Made by a program: the position numbers and the translations under genes. A stretch of DNA of 64,000 bases from Clostridium sp. CAG:967. Its GTDB lineage: Bacteria; Cyanobacteriota; Vampirovibrionia; Gastranaerophilales; Gastranaerophilaceae. The DNA lies in NCBI GenBank assembly GCA_000433095.1, contig HF991463.1, forward strand, positions 17,022-81,021, read 5' to 3'. Of this stretch, positions 1 to 10,938 are shown piece by piece (the first letter of the stretch is position 1; each line of letters opens with the position of its first letter). Below the pieces are notes generated by a model. That model was not told where the DNA came from, ran no database searches, and worked only from the letters and a program-made list of their open reading frames with translations.

Positions 1-59
1 TCATTTAAAAAGAGGAATTGTTTTAATTTTACTAAAGTTTGTGGTGTACAGAGCATGCT

Positions 60-1415
60 TTAATTTTGCTGTTCAACTTCTTCGGGTGAAGGCTCTGCAA
101 TTGTTTTAATAATTTCAAGTTTAGTAATTCTTGCACCGTCGACTTCTTTAACAACAAATGTTATATTGTTTATACTTACAGTATCATTGACTTCTGCAAG
201 TCTGCCTAAAAGTTTGACTACAAGACCGCCTATTGTATCAATGTCTTCGTCATCAATTTCTTTTTCATCAATTTGGAAGAATTCCGCAAATTCGTCAACT
301 CTCATCATAGAGTTTGCCAAATATGTGTTAGGGGCAACTTCTTTTATATCGCATTCTTCTTCTTCATCAAATTCATCCTGTACTTCACCGAAGATTTCTT
401 CTAAGACATCTTCAAGTGTAATAAGACCTGATGTGCCGCCGAATTCATCAATAACAATAGCCATTTGTCCTTTGCGTTTTTTGAATTCCAAAACAAGGTT
501 GTCCATAGTTATTGTTTCAGGCACCATTAAAACTTCACGCTGAATTTTTGCGATAGGACAAACTTCATCTTTTATTGAAAGTGAATATAAATCTTTAACA
601 TGAACAAGACCTGTTATGTGGTCGATGTCATCTTCATAAACAGGATATCTTGTATATTGATTTTCTGCTGCAAGTTTATTTAATTCTTCCATAGGCATAT
701 CAATAGGAATACAAACCATGTCGGTTCTAGGTATCATAACCTGTTTTGCAGTCAAATCCGAAAATTTGAATACGTTATGAAGCATTTCTTTTTCTGTTTC
801 GTTTAATACGCCGCCGTTATAGCTTGCATTAACAAGCATATCAAGTTCTTCTGTTGAATGAACAAGAGAACCTTTATGAGTATGTGGGATATTGAATGCT
901 TTTAAAACCAAATTTCCAAAACCGTTAAGCATCCAGATAAAAGGGTTAAATATAAATGTAATTATTTGCATTGGTTTTGCAACAACAAGAGCTGTTTTTT
1001 CCGTAAATTCAAGCGCAATTGATTTAGGAATAAGTTCGCCTATAACTACATGGAAGAAAGTAATAAGAGCAAATGCTATTGACACAGACACTGTATGAGT
1101 AGCAATTGTCTGACTTATGCCGGGTAAGTATGCAAAAACCGGTTCGATTAAATGTGCAAGTGTGCCTTCTCCAACCCAACCTAAACCGATACTTGAAATA
1201 GTAACACCAAGCTGGACGGCTGCAATAAACTTATCTAAATCTTTTATTGCTTCAAGAGCAATTTTAGCATTATGGTTGCCTTCGTTAACAAGTTGTTCAA
1301 TCCTTGTTTTTCTAACCTTTACCATTGCAAATTCTGATGCCACAAAAAATCCGTTTGAAAATAACAAGAATGCTATTACAAACAAATTAAAAATCATGTT
1401 ACCCGTCTCATCCAT
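60..1415 (-). CDS. HlyC/CorC (CNNM) family membrane protein: DUF21 TM domain + CBS pair + CorC_HlyC C-terminal domain
   Basis: 451-aa ORF with N-terminal hydrophobic helices, a central CBS-pair-like region and an acidic C-terminal transporter-associated domain; the architecture is typical of this family. Confidence 0.8.
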   Translation of the reverse strand: MDETGNMIFNLFVIAFLLFSNGFFVASEFAMVKVRKTRIEQLVNEGNHNAKIALEAIKDLDKFIAAVQLGVTISSIGLGWVGEGTLAHLIEPVFAYLPGISQTIATHTVSVSIAFALITFFHVVIGELIPKSIALEFTEKTALVVAKPMQIITFIFNPFIWMLNGFGNLVLKAFNIPHTHKGSLVHSTEELDMLVNASYNGGVLNETEKEMLHNVFKFSDLTAKQVMIPRTDMVCIPIDMPMEELNKLAAENQYTRYPVYEDDIDHITGLVHVKDLYSLSIKDEVCPIAKIQREVLMVPETITMDNLVLEFKKRKGQMAIVIDEFGGTSGLITLEDVLEEIFGEVQDEFDEEEECDIKEVAPNTYLANSMMRVDEFAEFFQIDEKEIDDEDIDTIGGLVVKLLGRLAEVNDTVSINNITFVVKEVDGARITKLEIIKTIAEPSPEEVEQQN

Positions 1416-1479
1416 TATATTTAGTTTCCTCTAATACTTTTTAAAGCAATTATAATATTATTTATAAAAAAATGCAATC

Positions 1480-2292
1480 CTATTCCTTAGGCAGTTCTAT
1501 TTCCTTGAGTTCTGTATAAATCATAGGAGAAAATCCCTTTGTAGTTGTTACAGTAATAATTTTGTAAACGGGAGGAGTACTCAACAATGTAGGTGAAGAA
1601 ATATGATAAACTCCGTTTCTCATTTTTTCGCCGTTAATGTGATAATGTCCTGCGATTACTGATACTATATTATCGTGATTATCAATTATGTTTAAGTAAT
1701 TTTCTTTCTGGTAAACCTCATGAGTTTTTGATTCTTTCGGCTCAACTACGGGAAAATGCTGTAAAATTACAACAGGGCTTTTTTTGTGTTTAGTCAATTG
1801 TTTGTCAAGCCAGTTGAGAGTGTCCTGCTTGTAATATCCTCCGGTGCCGGGGATTACTTCTTTTGCGCCGTCTACTACTATAAATACAAAACCGTTTTTC
1901 TTGAATACATAATTAGGTTTTGTATATTTATAGAAAAAATTATTTTCTCTAATGATTTCCAAATATTGGGCTTTTGAAAGTCCGTTATTTTTATAAACGT
2001 CGTGATTACCAATAATAATATAATATGGAACATTGAGCCTGTTAATTATTTTAACAAAATCAGGAAGATAATATGTTTTAGGAGAATCAATATTATCACC
2101 GGAAAAGACTACAAAAGCAATATCTTTTTCTTTGTTAATACTTTCTACAGCTTCTTCCAAAACCTGTGTCCTGTATTCGTTACCTGCAATGAAGTGAGCA
2201 TCGGCAACCTGAGCAAATTTTATAACTTCAGACCATACAGCACTTTGCAGTAAGAACAATGATAATAAAGTTAAAATTATATTTTTTTTCAT
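1480..2292 (-). CDS. Secreted calcineurin-like metallophosphoesterase
   Basis: Signal peptide MKKNIILTLLSLFLLQSAVWS; DxH...GDN...GNHD metallophosphatase motifs (VADAHF, SGDNID, IIGNHD). Confidence 0.75.
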   Translation of the reverse strand: MKKNIILTLLSLFLLQSAVWSEVIKFAQVADAHFIAGNEYRTQVLEEAVESINKEKDIAFVVFSGDNIDSPKTYYLPDFVKIINRLNVPYYIIIGNHDVYKNNGLSKAQYLEIIRENNFFYKYTKPNYVFKKNGFVFIVVDGAKEVIPGTGGYYKQDTLNWLDKQLTKHKKSPVVILQHFPVVEPKESKTHEVYQKENYLNIIDNHDNIVSVIAGHYHINGEKMRNGVYHISSPTLLSTPPVYKIITVTTTKGFSPMIYTELKEIELPKE

Positions 2293-2352
2293 TTAATTTA
2301 AGCCCTCTGGACAAATTATAACATAAATTATAATATATAGAAAGGAGAAAAT

Positions 2353-2598
2353 ATGAGATTAGACAAATTTTTAAAGGTTTCACGGTTAATAAAAAGAAGA
2401 ACTGTTGCAAATGAGGTTTCTGATACGGGAAGGGTTTTTGTTAACGGCAATCCTGCAAAACCTGCTAAACAGGTTAAAGAAGGAGATGTAATACGAATTG
2501 AATACGCAAACAGAGCAGTAACAGCAAAGATTTTGAAAGTGCCTGCTAATAATGTAAGTGTTCAGGAAGCTCCAACCCTATACGAAATTATTGAGTAG
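2353..2598 (+). CDS. S4-domain RNA-binding protein (Hsp15/YabO-like)
   Basis: 81 aa; MRLDKFLKVSRLIKRRTVANEVSDTGRVFVNG is an S4 fold signature; RBS GGAGAAAATATG. Confidence 0.75.
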   Translation: MRLDKFLKVSRLIKRRTVANEVSDTGRVFVNGNPAKPAKQVKEGDVIRIEYANRAVTAKILKVPANNVSVQEAPTLYEIIE

Positions 2599-2730
2599 TT
2601 CTAAATTATTTGTTGACTTTAAAAAAAATATCATTAAGAAATATGACACCTACTGCAAACGGATGATTTATTTAATATTTATTGAATTAACCATGTAAAT
2701 ATCCGAATGTATTAGAAAAAAGAGGTAGTC

Positions 2731-3429
2731 ATGATAATTAACGGTGGAATAAGGTATTGCGAAAAAGGCTTAACAACATCCCTGAGGGCGATGCATGTTC
2801 AAAGTGAACTTATCGGAATGCATAACGAAAACGTTACAGGCTTTGATAAAATCGGATATCAAAGAGAAGAACCCGTTGTATCTTCATTTACAGAATGGAT
2901 TGGAGTTCACGGGCTTTCAAAAACCGTTGATGATAAAGTCGGTCGTATTGCTATGTCAGACAATCCTTTGGATATTGCGCTTGCAAATAAAGGATACTTT
3001 CAAACCCAGACCGCTGACGGTATAAGACTTACACGTGACGGAAGATTTAAAATTGATAAAGAAGGAAATCTGCTGACTTTGGAAGATGAACAGGTGCTTT
3101 CAAATGCAGGAACTCCTATTCAGCTGCCTGTTGTGCCTGAAAAACTTACAGATATTAAAATAAATTCCAAAGGGCTTGTAAGCGTATTTAACAAAAATAC
3201 CAATAAGCTGGAAAATGTTGCTTTTCTCGGTGTGGTTTCGGCTGACGGTGCTATTGTAATGGATCCGCAGGTTAAGCAGGGGTATAACGAATATTCAAAC
3301 GTATCGCTTCAAAATGAATTCATAGGTATGATGCCTATTATAAGAAATTTTGAAGCTAACAGACAAATTTTTATGATACAAAACCAAAATCTTCAAAAAG
3401 TAATTTCTCAACTGGGTTCAACATCATAA
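2731..3429 (+). CDS. flgF: Flagellar basal-body rod protein (FlgF-like)
   Basis: N-terminal rod motif (GMHNENVTGFDKIGYQ) and C-terminal Flg_bbr_C-like motif (NVSLQNEFIGMMPIIRNFEANRQIFMIQNQ); position immediately upstream of a second rod gene. Confidence 0.6.
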   Translation: MIINGGIRYCEKGLTTSLRAMHVQSELIGMHNENVTGFDKIGYQREEPVVSSFTEWIGVHGLSKTVDDKVGRIAMSDNPLDIALANKGYFQTQTADGIRLTRDGRFKIDKEGNLLTLEDEQVLSNAGTPIQLPVVPEKLTDIKINSKGLVSVFNKNTNKLENVAFLGVVSADGAIVMDPQVKQGYNEYSNVSLQNEFIGMMPIIRNFEANRQIFMIQNQNLQKVISQLGSTS

Positions 3430-3456
3430 TAAATTAATAATTAAAGGCAGGTAAAT

Positions 3457-4170
3457 ATGTACAGTATGCAGGGAATAGTCAGAAAAAGTATTTGTAACGC
3501 AACCAATCAGTTTGAAAAACTGGGTTACGTTGGAAACAATCTTGCAAATATGAACACAAGAGGTTATAAATCCGTAAGTTTTGAACAAATGCTCAAAGAA
3601 GACGGGTATATTACTGGTGCTGTCAGATCTGATTATAAACAGGGTTCAATACAGATTACAAGCAACCCTTATGATGTTGCAATCAGCGGTGTGGGATTTA
3701 TCCCTGTTGTTTCTCCGGAAGGGGAAGTTGCATATACACGTGACGGCTCATTCAAGCAGGGAAAAGACGGGTATCTTGTAACTGCTGATGACTGGATTGT
3801 TGGTGAAGGTATTAAAATTCCTACAAACTGCTATAAATTTGAGATTAAACCTAACGGCGAGGTATTTTCTTATGATGCTGCCGATGCAACTCCTAAAAAA
3901 TTAGGCACAATACCGCTTGTACGTTTTGCATCTCAGGAAAATCTTGAACAGGCAGGTATGAATAAACTTGTACCAACAGAGGATTCTGGCGAACCTGAAC
4001 TTGTGAAAGATCATGAATGTTTTTGCCAGAACAATCTTGAAAATTCTAATACAAATATATACAGCTCTACAACAGATATGCTCAGACTTAACGCATCTAT
4101 GCTTGCAAGTATGCGTATGATGAAGGTTGTAGATGATATGTACAACAAAGCAATTAATATAAGAGAATAG
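3457..4170 (+). CDS. flgG: Flagellar basal-body rod protein (FlgG-like)
   Basis: NNLANMNTRGYKSVSF N-terminal rod motif; central VAYTRDGSF; C-terminal ASMLASMRMMKVVDDMYNKAIN. Confidence 0.6.
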   Translation: MYSMQGIVRKSICNATNQFEKLGYVGNNLANMNTRGYKSVSFEQMLKEDGYITGAVRSDYKQGSIQITSNPYDVAISGVGFIPVVSPEGEVAYTRDGSFKQGKDGYLVTADDWIVGEGIKIPTNCYKFEIKPNGEVFSYDAADATPKKLGTIPLVRFASQENLEQAGMNKLVPTEDSGEPELVKDHECFCQNNLENSNTNIYSSTTDMLRLNASMLASMRMMKVVDDMYNKAINIRE

Positions 4171-4182
4171 GGAGCTTAGCAA

Positions 4183-4530
4183 ATGTTCACATCACTGGAT
4201 AATATGGGTAAAGTTACATTAATGATGGACCTGATAACGCAAAAACAAAGAGCATTAGGTTCTAACCTTGCAAATATTGATACTCCGGGGTATGTACGAC
4301 GTGATGTAAATTTTGGTGATTACCTTAATTCCATGAACAGTCCTTTGGAAACCAAACTTTCAGAAGTGCTGGGTCCTTCAGGGGTTATTGATGAAAAAAG
4401 AGGTGAAGAAATTGATCCTGCACACGAGTTAATGGAAATCCAGCAAAACTCACTTCTTTATACGATGGCAACAAGAAGAATGTCTAATATAATTACGGAA
4501 ATGAAAACAGTTATAAATGTTGGTAAGTGA
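4183..4530 (+). CDS. flgB: Flagellar basal-body rod protein FlgB
   Basis: 115 aa; SNLANIDTPGYVRRDVNF matches the FlgB N-terminal signature; C-terminal ELMEIQQNSLLYTMATRRMSNIITEMKTVIN. Confidence 0.7.
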   Translation: MFTSLDNMGKVTLMMDLITQKQRALGSNLANIDTPGYVRRDVNFGDYLNSMNSPLETKLSEVLGPSGVIDEKRGEEIDPAHELMEIQQNSLLYTMATRRMSNIITEMKTVINVGK

Positions 4531-4615
4531 TAAGAAAGGGTAAAAAAAACAGGAGCGTAAGCGACTGACCAATATATAGCAAATTTTGACAATAACCGTC
4601 AGAAAGGGTAAAAAA

Positions 4616-5059
4616 ATGAGTATAATGGAATCAATGAATATAGGTTCAAATGCCTTAAAAGCACATGGCTTAAGGCTGGATATCCACGCAAAAAACATTG
4701 CTAACGTTGATACTCCTAACTATGTCAGACGTATCCCCGTTTTAAATGCTACGGAAGATATTTCTTTTCACGGTCTTATGAACACTATGAAACAAGATGT
4801 TTTCGGGGTTGGAACTTTACCTTATCTTCAAGGCGGTGTTGTATTTAACGGCTGTGTGGAAGATCCTACTATGGGTGACAGAATTTACAGACCGGGACAC
4901 CCTGATGCCGATGAAAACGGTTATATAAGATCTTCAAATGTTAACGCTATGGTTGATATGGCGGATGCCATTCTTGCTCAAAGAGCTTATGAAGCTAACC
5001 TTGCTTTGATTAATATTACAAAATCAATGGCGCAAAAAGCAACTGAAATCGGAAGATAA
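4616..5059 (+). CDS. flgC: Flagellar basal-body rod protein FlgC (alternative upstream start at 4586)
   Basis: NIANVDTPNYVRR N-terminal motif and C-terminal MVDMADAILAQRAYEANLALINITKSMAQKA; the ATG at 4616 is preceded by AGAAAGGG; the gene lies directly after flgB. Confidence 0.75.
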   Translation: MSIMESMNIGSNALKAHGLRLDIHAKNIANVDTPNYVRRIPVLNATEDISFHGLMNTMKQDVFGVGTLPYLQGGVVFNGCVEDPTMGDRIYRPGHPDADENGYIRSSNVNAMVDMADAILAQRAYEANLALINITKSMAQKATEIGR

Positions 5060-5109
5060 TATTTCTGAAAAGTTTTGATTTTATGTTATTATAGCTTTGG
5101 AGGTTTGTA

Positions 5110-6102
5110 GTGCCAAAGATTTCTATAATAATACCAGTTTATAATGTCGAGAAGTATTTGCCTATGTGTCTTGACAGTGTTTGTTATCAGTCCTTCAAAG
5201 ATATTGAAATAATTTGTGTTAACGACGGTTCGAGTGATAATTCTCTTGCGGTTTTGCATGCATATAAAAGACGTGACAAACGAATTATTATTATTGATAA
5301 AGAAAATGAAGGCTCCGGCGTTGCAAGAAATACTGGACTAAAAATAGCTCGTGGTGAATATGTTTATTTTGTCGACAGCGATGATTGGCTTGAACAGGAT
5401 GTTTTGTTAAAAGCCTATAAAAAAGCACATGATGAAAATGCTGATATTGTAATTTTTGGCGGATATTCCTGTTATGTCAAAGATAATGGTAAGTTTGACA
5501 GAAAATCAGGCGGTTACAGTGCGGATAAGCTGCCTAAAAAGTATTTGGATAAAGTGTTTTCTGCTGATGATATAAAAAAAGACGTTTTTAAATTCCCTTC
5601 AACAGCATGGACAAAATTATATAAACGCAGCTTTTTAAACGAAAACAATATATTATTTCAGGAGATAAAAGTCGGTCAGGACCAGCTTCCTTTCTTCCAT
5701 TCTATGATTACTGCCAAAAGGATTGTTTTATTGCCCGAAAATTTATATTGTTACCGCAAAAACAGAACAGGGGCTGTTACTGCTGTTAAAAAGAAAAAGA
5801 ATTTTTCACCGATTTATGTATTTTATGCTATAGAGGAATTGCTTAAAAATACCGGAAAGTTAGAAGATTATAAAAACATATTTATAAACAGATATTTTTC
5901 AAAAGCAACTTCATGGCTTGGAAAATTCCAAGATGATTTGAAAAGAGAGTATTTTGAGGAATATTCAAAACTTCTTGAACATGTACAGCAAGAGTATCCT
6001 TTTGGCTGGTGGGTAAAATTTAACCCTAAAATGTCAGATGGATACTGGAAGTTAAAGTTTAAACAAAATGTTGCAAATAAATTAAATTTTATGATAAAAT
6101 AA
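5110..6102 (+). CDS. Family 2 glycosyltransferase (GT-A fold)
   Basis: MPKISIIIPVYNVEKYLPMCLDSV...VNDGSSDNS...FVDSDDW are GT2 motifs (DXD region); GTG start with RBS GGAGG. Confidence 0.85.
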   Translation: MPKISIIIPVYNVEKYLPMCLDSVCYQSFKDIEIICVNDGSSDNSLAVLHAYKRRDKRIIIIDKENEGSGVARNTGLKIARGEYVYFVDSDDWLEQDVLLKAYKKAHDENADIVIFGGYSCYVKDNGKFDRKSGGYSADKLPKKYLDKVFSADDIKKDVFKFPSTAWTKLYKRSFLNENNILFQEIKVGQDQLPFFHSMITAKRIVLLPENLYCYRKNRTGAVTAVKKKKNFSPIYVFYAIEELLKNTGKLEDYKNIFINRYFSKATSWLGKFQDDLKREYFEEYSKLLEHVQQEYPFGWWVKFNPKMSDGYWKLKFKQNVANKLNFMIK

Positions 6103-6240
6103 ATATGAAAATATATTTAAGTTGATTTGGCACTGTGCCGAGAAAAACGATTGATAATCGTTTTTTGAGAGGGTGCGACAACGGAGCACATCCGCCATAA
6201 CAGTATGGTAAATGTGTTGAAAATTAAATAAAGATTAAAT

Positions 6241-6321
6241 GTCGATGTGGCGGAATGGTAGACGTGCACGTTTGAGGGGCGTGTGGAGTAATCCGTGGGG
6301 GTTCAAGTCCCCCCATCGACA
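6241..6321 (+). tRNA. tRNA-Leu (anticodon GAG), type II with long variable arm
   Basis: Acceptor stem GTCGATG/CATCGAC, anticodon stem CACGT/GCGTG with loop TTGAGGG, variable arm, T-arm GGGGGTTCAAGTCCCCC; hand-folded. Confidence 0.75.
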
Positions 6322-6350
6322 TTTTTTTCATGTTTAGCTTACTATACAAT

Positions 6351-6869
6351 CTAAATCAAAAATTCTTTCGGATACTCAACTTCTGCATTAACAAATAATG
6401 TTTTACTTTGAAGATTTATAGCCATAAAATATTCCTTCGGTACATCAAAAGGACATATAATATTAAACTCAATTGAAGGTTTATATCCGAAACGTGAATA
6501 ATATTTCGGATTGCCCAATAAAATTGAATACTCAAAACCCATTGCCATTGCTATTTGATGCCCTGTTTTAATTAATAAACTGCCAATACCCTGGTTTTGG
6601 AACTCCGATGCAACTGCCAAAGGTGCCAATGCAAGTTGTGTCGTTTCAGCTACCTTAAGCTTAGTAAACAATATGTGACCAACAATTTCCTTATCTGATA
6701 CCGCAACTAAAGAAAGTTCAGGAATGAATGCTTCACTTTTTCTTAATCTTTCAACAAGATTATGTTCATCGCCATCAGAATGCTCAGCATTTTTGAAAGT
6801 TTTTTTTATCAAGTTATAAACATCTGATCTGTCTTTTTCTGTTTCTTGCCGAATTATTACATCTTTCAT
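6351..6869 (-). CDS. GNAT family N-acetyltransferase
   Basis: 172 aa; acetyl-CoA binding motif QNQGIGSLLIKTGHQIAMAMGF. Confidence 0.75.
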   Translation of the reverse strand: MKDVIIRQETEKDRSDVYNLIKKTFKNAEHSDGDEHNLVERLRKSEAFIPELSLVAVSDKEIVGHILFTKLKVAETTQLALAPLAVASEFQNQGIGSLLIKTGHQIAMAMGFEYSILLGNPKYYSRFGYKPSIEFNIICPFDVPKEYFMAINLQSKTLFVNAEVEYPKEFLI

Positions 6870-7003
6870 AAAATAATCCTTTCCACTTAATAATATTACT
6901 ATAAAGAAGAAATATTAAAGCTATAAGCATAAGTTGTCGTTACAGGTATTTTATGATACATTCTTTTTAGCAAAAGGTTACAGAGCAGCAACTGATATGT
7001 ATT

Positions 7004-7351
7004 ATGAATAAAAATGAATTAATAAAACGTTGTTTAAGATTTGAAGATGCTGTAGAAACTTATCCGTTTAAGGATAAGACTTATGATGAATATGCAGTCT
7101 TAAGGCATAAAAGTAACGGAAAATGGTTCGGACTGGTATTTTATCTTGAAGACAAATTATGCATAAATTTAAAATGCAATCCTGTTGAATCTGCAATTCT
7201 TAGAGATGAATATGAATTTATTACACCTGCGTGGCACATGAACAAAGCACACTGGATAAAAGTTGATGCTGACAAATGTCCTTTAGATTTGCTTGATGCT
7301 CTGATTGAAGCAAGTTTTAATTTGACAGCCCACAAAAGAAAGATAAAATAA
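7004..7351 (+). CDS. MmcQ/YjbR-family protein
   Basis: 115 aa; the KWFGLVFY...NLKCNP...WIKV pattern is typical of the YjbR/MmcQ family. Confidence 0.55.
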   Translation: MNKNELIKRCLRFEDAVETYPFKDKTYDEYAVLRHKSNGKWFGLVFYLEDKLCINLKCNPVESAILRDEYEFITPAWHMNKAHWIKVDADKCPLDLLDALIEASFNLTAHKRKIK

Positions 7352-7386
7352 TTTGAATTTACGTTTTTACATGTAATAATTATGGT

Positions 7387-10212
7387 ATGTTAGACAAAAT
7401 TATAATAAAGGGTGCAAAAGAACATAATTTAAAAGATGTATCTCTTGATTTACCCAAGAATGAATTAATAGTTTTTACAGGAGTATCAGGCTCAGGAAAA
7501 TCTTCTCTTGCATTTGACACTATTTTTGCGGAAGGACAAAGACGTTATATTGAAAGCCTTTCAACTTATGCAAGACAGTTTTTGGGTCAGATGGATAAAC
7601 CGAATGTCGAATACATTGACGGACTTTCTCCGGCTATTTCGATTGACCAGAAATCAACAAGCAACAATCCTCGTTCTACTGTCGGTACAGTAACTGAAAT
7701 TTATGATTATTTGAGGCTTTTGTATGCACGTGTCGGCACACCTTATTGTCCGGAATGCGGTGAGGAGATTAAGCCGCAAACTATTGATGAAATTGTTAAC
7801 AATATTATGAAACTTGGCGAGGGGACTAAAATCCAAATTTTAGCGCCTGTTGTCCGTGGTAAAAAAGGCGAATTTCAGTCAGTACTTGAAGAACTTCGTC
7901 AGGAAGGCTTTGTGCGTGCAAAAATTGACGGAGAAGTTTATAATCTTGATGAGGATGAGATTGAGCTTGCGAAAACCAAAAAACATGATATATCGGTTGT
8001 AGTTGACAGAATTGTCGTAAAAGAAACTGCACGTTCACGTATTGCAGACAGCACACAGATTGCGCTTAAAAAAGCTGACGGTATTGCTGTAGTTGATATA
8101 GTTGGTGACAGAGAAGTCATTTTCAGTGAGAAACTTGCCTGTCCTAAGTGTAATTTGAGTTTTGAAGAGCTTGCTCCGAGAATTTTTTCATTTAATGCAC
8201 CATACGGAGCTTGTGAACGATGTTCCGGTCTTGGAGCTGATTTTATTATTGATCCTGATCTGGTTGTTCCTGACAGAAAGAAATCATTGAAAGACGGAGC
8301 AATTTATCCATGGTCAAAAACTTCAACTTCATATTATGATGATGTGTTAAAATCCGTGTGTACTCATTACGGAATTGATATGGATAAGCCTTTTGAAAAT
8401 TTATCGGAAAAAGAACAAAAGATAATTTTATATGGCGGTGACGATATTCTTCCTTTTAGAGTAATGCGTTTCGGTACTCACAGATACGAAACAAAGTATC
8501 ACAAATTTGAAGGTGTTATCCCGTTTTTGGAAAAAAGGTACAATGATTCCAGCGGTGAATACTGGCGTGAAGAGATTGAAAAATATATGGTTACAACTCC
8601 CTGTCCGGCATGCGGCGGTGCAAGACTGAAACCTTTCCCTCTTGCAGTAAGAATTAAAGGGAAAAATATTTATGAATTCACATTGATGTCGATTGATGAA
8701 GCACTGGATTTTGTTGATGAGTTATATTTGGAACTCGGTGAATTTCAGATGCATATTGCAAAACAAATTCTTGATGAAATCAGAGCACGCTTGAAGTTCA
8801 TGAAAGATGTGGGATTAAACTATTTGAACCTTGCACGCATGGCAGGAACATTATCAGGCGGAGAAGCTCAGCGTATCAGGCTTGCAACTCAAATCGGAAG
8901 CGGATTATCAGGGGTTTTATATGTTCTTGACGAACCTTCAATAGGACTTCACCAGCGAGATAATGACAGGTTGATTAAAACGCTGATAAAACTTCGTAAT
9001 CTTGGTAATACATTGATTGTTGTCGAGCATGATGAAGATACTATAAGAAATGCCGACTACATTGTTGATATCGGTCCAAAGGCTGGTATTAACGGCGGAA
9101 AAGTTATAGCATCAGGAACCGTTGATGATATTGTTAAAGCTAAAAATTCAATCACAGGCAAATATCTTAGCGGAGAAAAATATATTCCTATCCCTGACAA
9201 AATCAGAGAGGGTAATGGTAAGTTTCTGCATGTTAAAAATGCACACCTGAATAACCTTAAGAATATTGATGTTGATATTCCGCTCGGGAAAATTGTATGT
9301 CTTACAGGAGTTTCAGGCTCCGGCAAGTCAAGCTTAATGCAGGATTTAATATATGAATATGCAATTCACAAATTGAGAGGGAATAAGCCAAAACCTCAAG
9401 GGGTGGATGAAATTACTGGTTTTGAAAATATTGATAAAATTATTGATATTGACCAATCTCCTATTGGCAGAACTCCTCGTTCTAACCCCGCAACGTATAC
9501 TGATTTGTTTACTCATATCAGAGAATTATATTCAAAAACAAATGAAGCAAAATTACGGGGATATAAACCCGGAAGGTTCAGTTTTAATGTTAAGGGCGGA
9601 AGATGCGAAGCCTGCAAAGGTGACGGTCTGCTTAAGATTGAAATGAACTTCTTATCTGATGTATATGTTAAGTGTGATGTTTGCAAAGGAAAACGCTATA
9701 ACCGTGAAACTCTTGAAGTTAAGTATAAAGGCAAAACAATTTCAGATGTTCTTGATATGAGTGTAAAAGAGGCTCTTGAGTTTTTTGACAGTATACCGTC
9801 TATTAAAAATAAACTTCAAACATTAAATGATGTCGGGCTGGATTATATTAAACTCGGTCAAAGTGCGACAACGCTTTCAGGAGGCGAAGCACAGCGTATC
9901 AAACTTGCATCCGAACTCAACAAGCGTGCAACAGGCAAGACATTATATCTTTTGGATGAACCTTCAGTCGGTCTTCACTGGTATGATTTGGACAAACTTA
10001 TTAAAATATTACAGCAGCTTGCCGATCAGGGAAATACAATTCTGGTAATTGAACACAATCTTGATTTTATAAAAATTGCCGACCACATAATAGATTTGGG
10101 ACCCGAAGGCGGAACCGGCGGAGGAACTGTTGTTGCACAGGGAACTCCAAAAGAAATTGCGAAAAATAAAAAATCTTATACAGGTCAGTATTTGAAACCT
10201 ATATTCTATTGA
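7387..10212 (+). CDS. uvrA: Excinuclease ABC subunit A
   Basis: 941 aa; two ABC ATPase modules ([10 protein letters not shown] twice, LSGGEAQRI twice) and zinc-finger cysteines (CPECG, CPACGG, CEACKG). Confidence 0.97.
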   Translation: MLDKIIIKGAKEHNLKDVSLDLPKNELIVFTGVSGSGKSSLAFDTIFAEGQRRYIESLSTYARQFLGQMDKPNVEYIDGLSPAISIDQKSTSNNPRSTVGTVTEIYDYLRLLYARVGTPYCPECGEEIKPQTIDEIVNNIMKLGEGTKIQILAPVVRGKKGEFQSVLEELRQEGFVRAKIDGEVYNLDEDEIELAKTKKHDISVVVDRIVVKETARSRIADSTQIALKKADGIAVVDIVGDREVIFSEKLACPKCNLSFEELAPRIFSFNAPYGACERCSGLGADFIIDPDLVVPDRKKSLKDGAIYPWSKTSTSYYDDVLKSVCTHYGIDMDKPFENLSEKEQKIILYGGDDILPFRVMRFGTHRYETKYHKFEGVIPFLEKRYNDSSGEYWREEIEKYMVTTPCPACGGARLKPFPLAVRIKGKNIYEFTLMSIDEALDFVDELYLELGEFQMHIAKQILDEIRARLKFMKDVGLNYLNLARMAGTLSGGEAQRIRLATQIGSGLSGVLYVLDEPSIGLHQRDNDRLIKTLIKLRNLGNTLIVVEHDEDTIRNADYIVDIGPKAGINGGKVIASGTVDDIVKAKNSITGKYLSGEKYIPIPDKIREGNGKFLHVKNAHLNNLKNIDVDIPLGKIVCLTGVSGSGKSSLMQDLIYEYAIHKLRGNKPKPQGVDEITGFENIDKIIDIDQSPIGRTPRSNPATYTDLFTHIRELYSKTNEAKLRGYKPGRFSFNVKGGRCEACKGDGLLKIEMNFLSDVYVKCDVCKGKRYNRETLEVKYKGKTISDVLDMSVKEALEFFDSIPSIKNKLQTLNDVGLDYIKLGQSATTLSGGEAQRIKLASELNKRATGKTLYLLDEPSVGLHWYDLDKLIKILQQLADQGNTILVIEHNLDFIKIADHIIDLGPEGGTGGGTVVAQGTPKEIAKNKKSYTGQYLKPIFY

Positions 10213-10260
10213 TGCAAGATTTGCATTATGATATAATTTTATAAAATCAGGAGAATAATA

Positions 10261-10875
10261 ATGAAAAAGTTTTTTGTATTTCTTGCAATGTTAATGTTTA
10301 GCTCGCCTGTTTTGGCAAAATCTATTCCTGTAGAAGCTTTAAATGATTTTTCTACGGAAAATCCTCCAAAAACAATGGATGTGAAAATCCTGTCTGAGAT
10401 TGTTCTTGATGAAACAATTACCCTTTCACAAGGGGATATTGTTCATGGTCAAATTACAGATATTTCTGATCCCAAAAGGTTAAAAAGGGATGCTTCTTTT
10501 ACATTTGTGCCTCTTTATTACACTAATGCCAATAAAGGTGTTATTCGTATAAATGGTTACTTCCCTGCAAAATATACTACAAAACTCAACAAGGGCGAAC
10601 TTGCAAAATCCGCTGCTCTGGGTGTTGGAAGTATATTTGTAAAAGGATTGTCGGTAGGATATTCTGCAGTTGAAGGTGCTGTCAAAAATGAGGACGATAA
10701 TCGTATAAAATCAGGTGCAAAAGCTGCTTATGAAAGCTCACCGTTTTCATATGTGGAAAAAGGCAGCGAAGTAGTAATTACTAAAGGACAAAACTTTTAC
10801 TTGAACTTTAAACAGAAAGAAGAAGCTGAAGAACCTAATTATGAGTATACTCCGATTGGCAAAACTGATATATAA
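10261..10875 (+). CDS. Secreted hypothetical protein (paralog A)
   Basis: Signal peptide MKKFFVFLAMLMFSSPVLA; similar to the next gene (PVE(A/I)L(N/Q)DFS...NGYFPAK / NGNYPAK). Confidence 0.55.
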   Translation: MKKFFVFLAMLMFSSPVLAKSIPVEALNDFSTENPPKTMDVKILSEIVLDETITLSQGDIVHGQITDISDPKRLKRDASFTFVPLYYTNANKGVIRINGYFPAKYTTKLNKGELAKSAALGVGSIFVKGLSVGYSAVEGAVKNEDDNRIKSGAKAAYESSPFSYVEKGSEVVITKGQNFYLNFKQKEEAEEPNYEYTPIGKTDI

Positions 10876-10938
10876 GCCTTATATAATTGACGATTGCCTA
10901 AAAATATGTTAGAATTTATCTTACGAAGGAGAATATAT

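Noticed and set aside
166-543. Antisense small ORFs inside well-supported genes (for example 166-543, 892-1098, 1117-1434, 7508-8120, 12804-13289, 15441-16070, 17113-17454, 49246-49512, 52036-52767, 53284-53562, 57276-58118)
   Set aside because: Each lies entirely within a longer opposite-strand or other-frame gene with clear family motifs. Their translations are low-complexity (S/L/F-rich) as expected for reverse frames of AT-rich coding DNA, and none has an RBS.
10894-10938. N-terminal extension MPKNMLEFILRRRIY of the second secreted paralog
   Set aside because: The track start is a TTG. The downstream ATG at 10939 has a strong AGGAGA RBS and yields a canonical signal peptide that matches the paralog's N-terminus.
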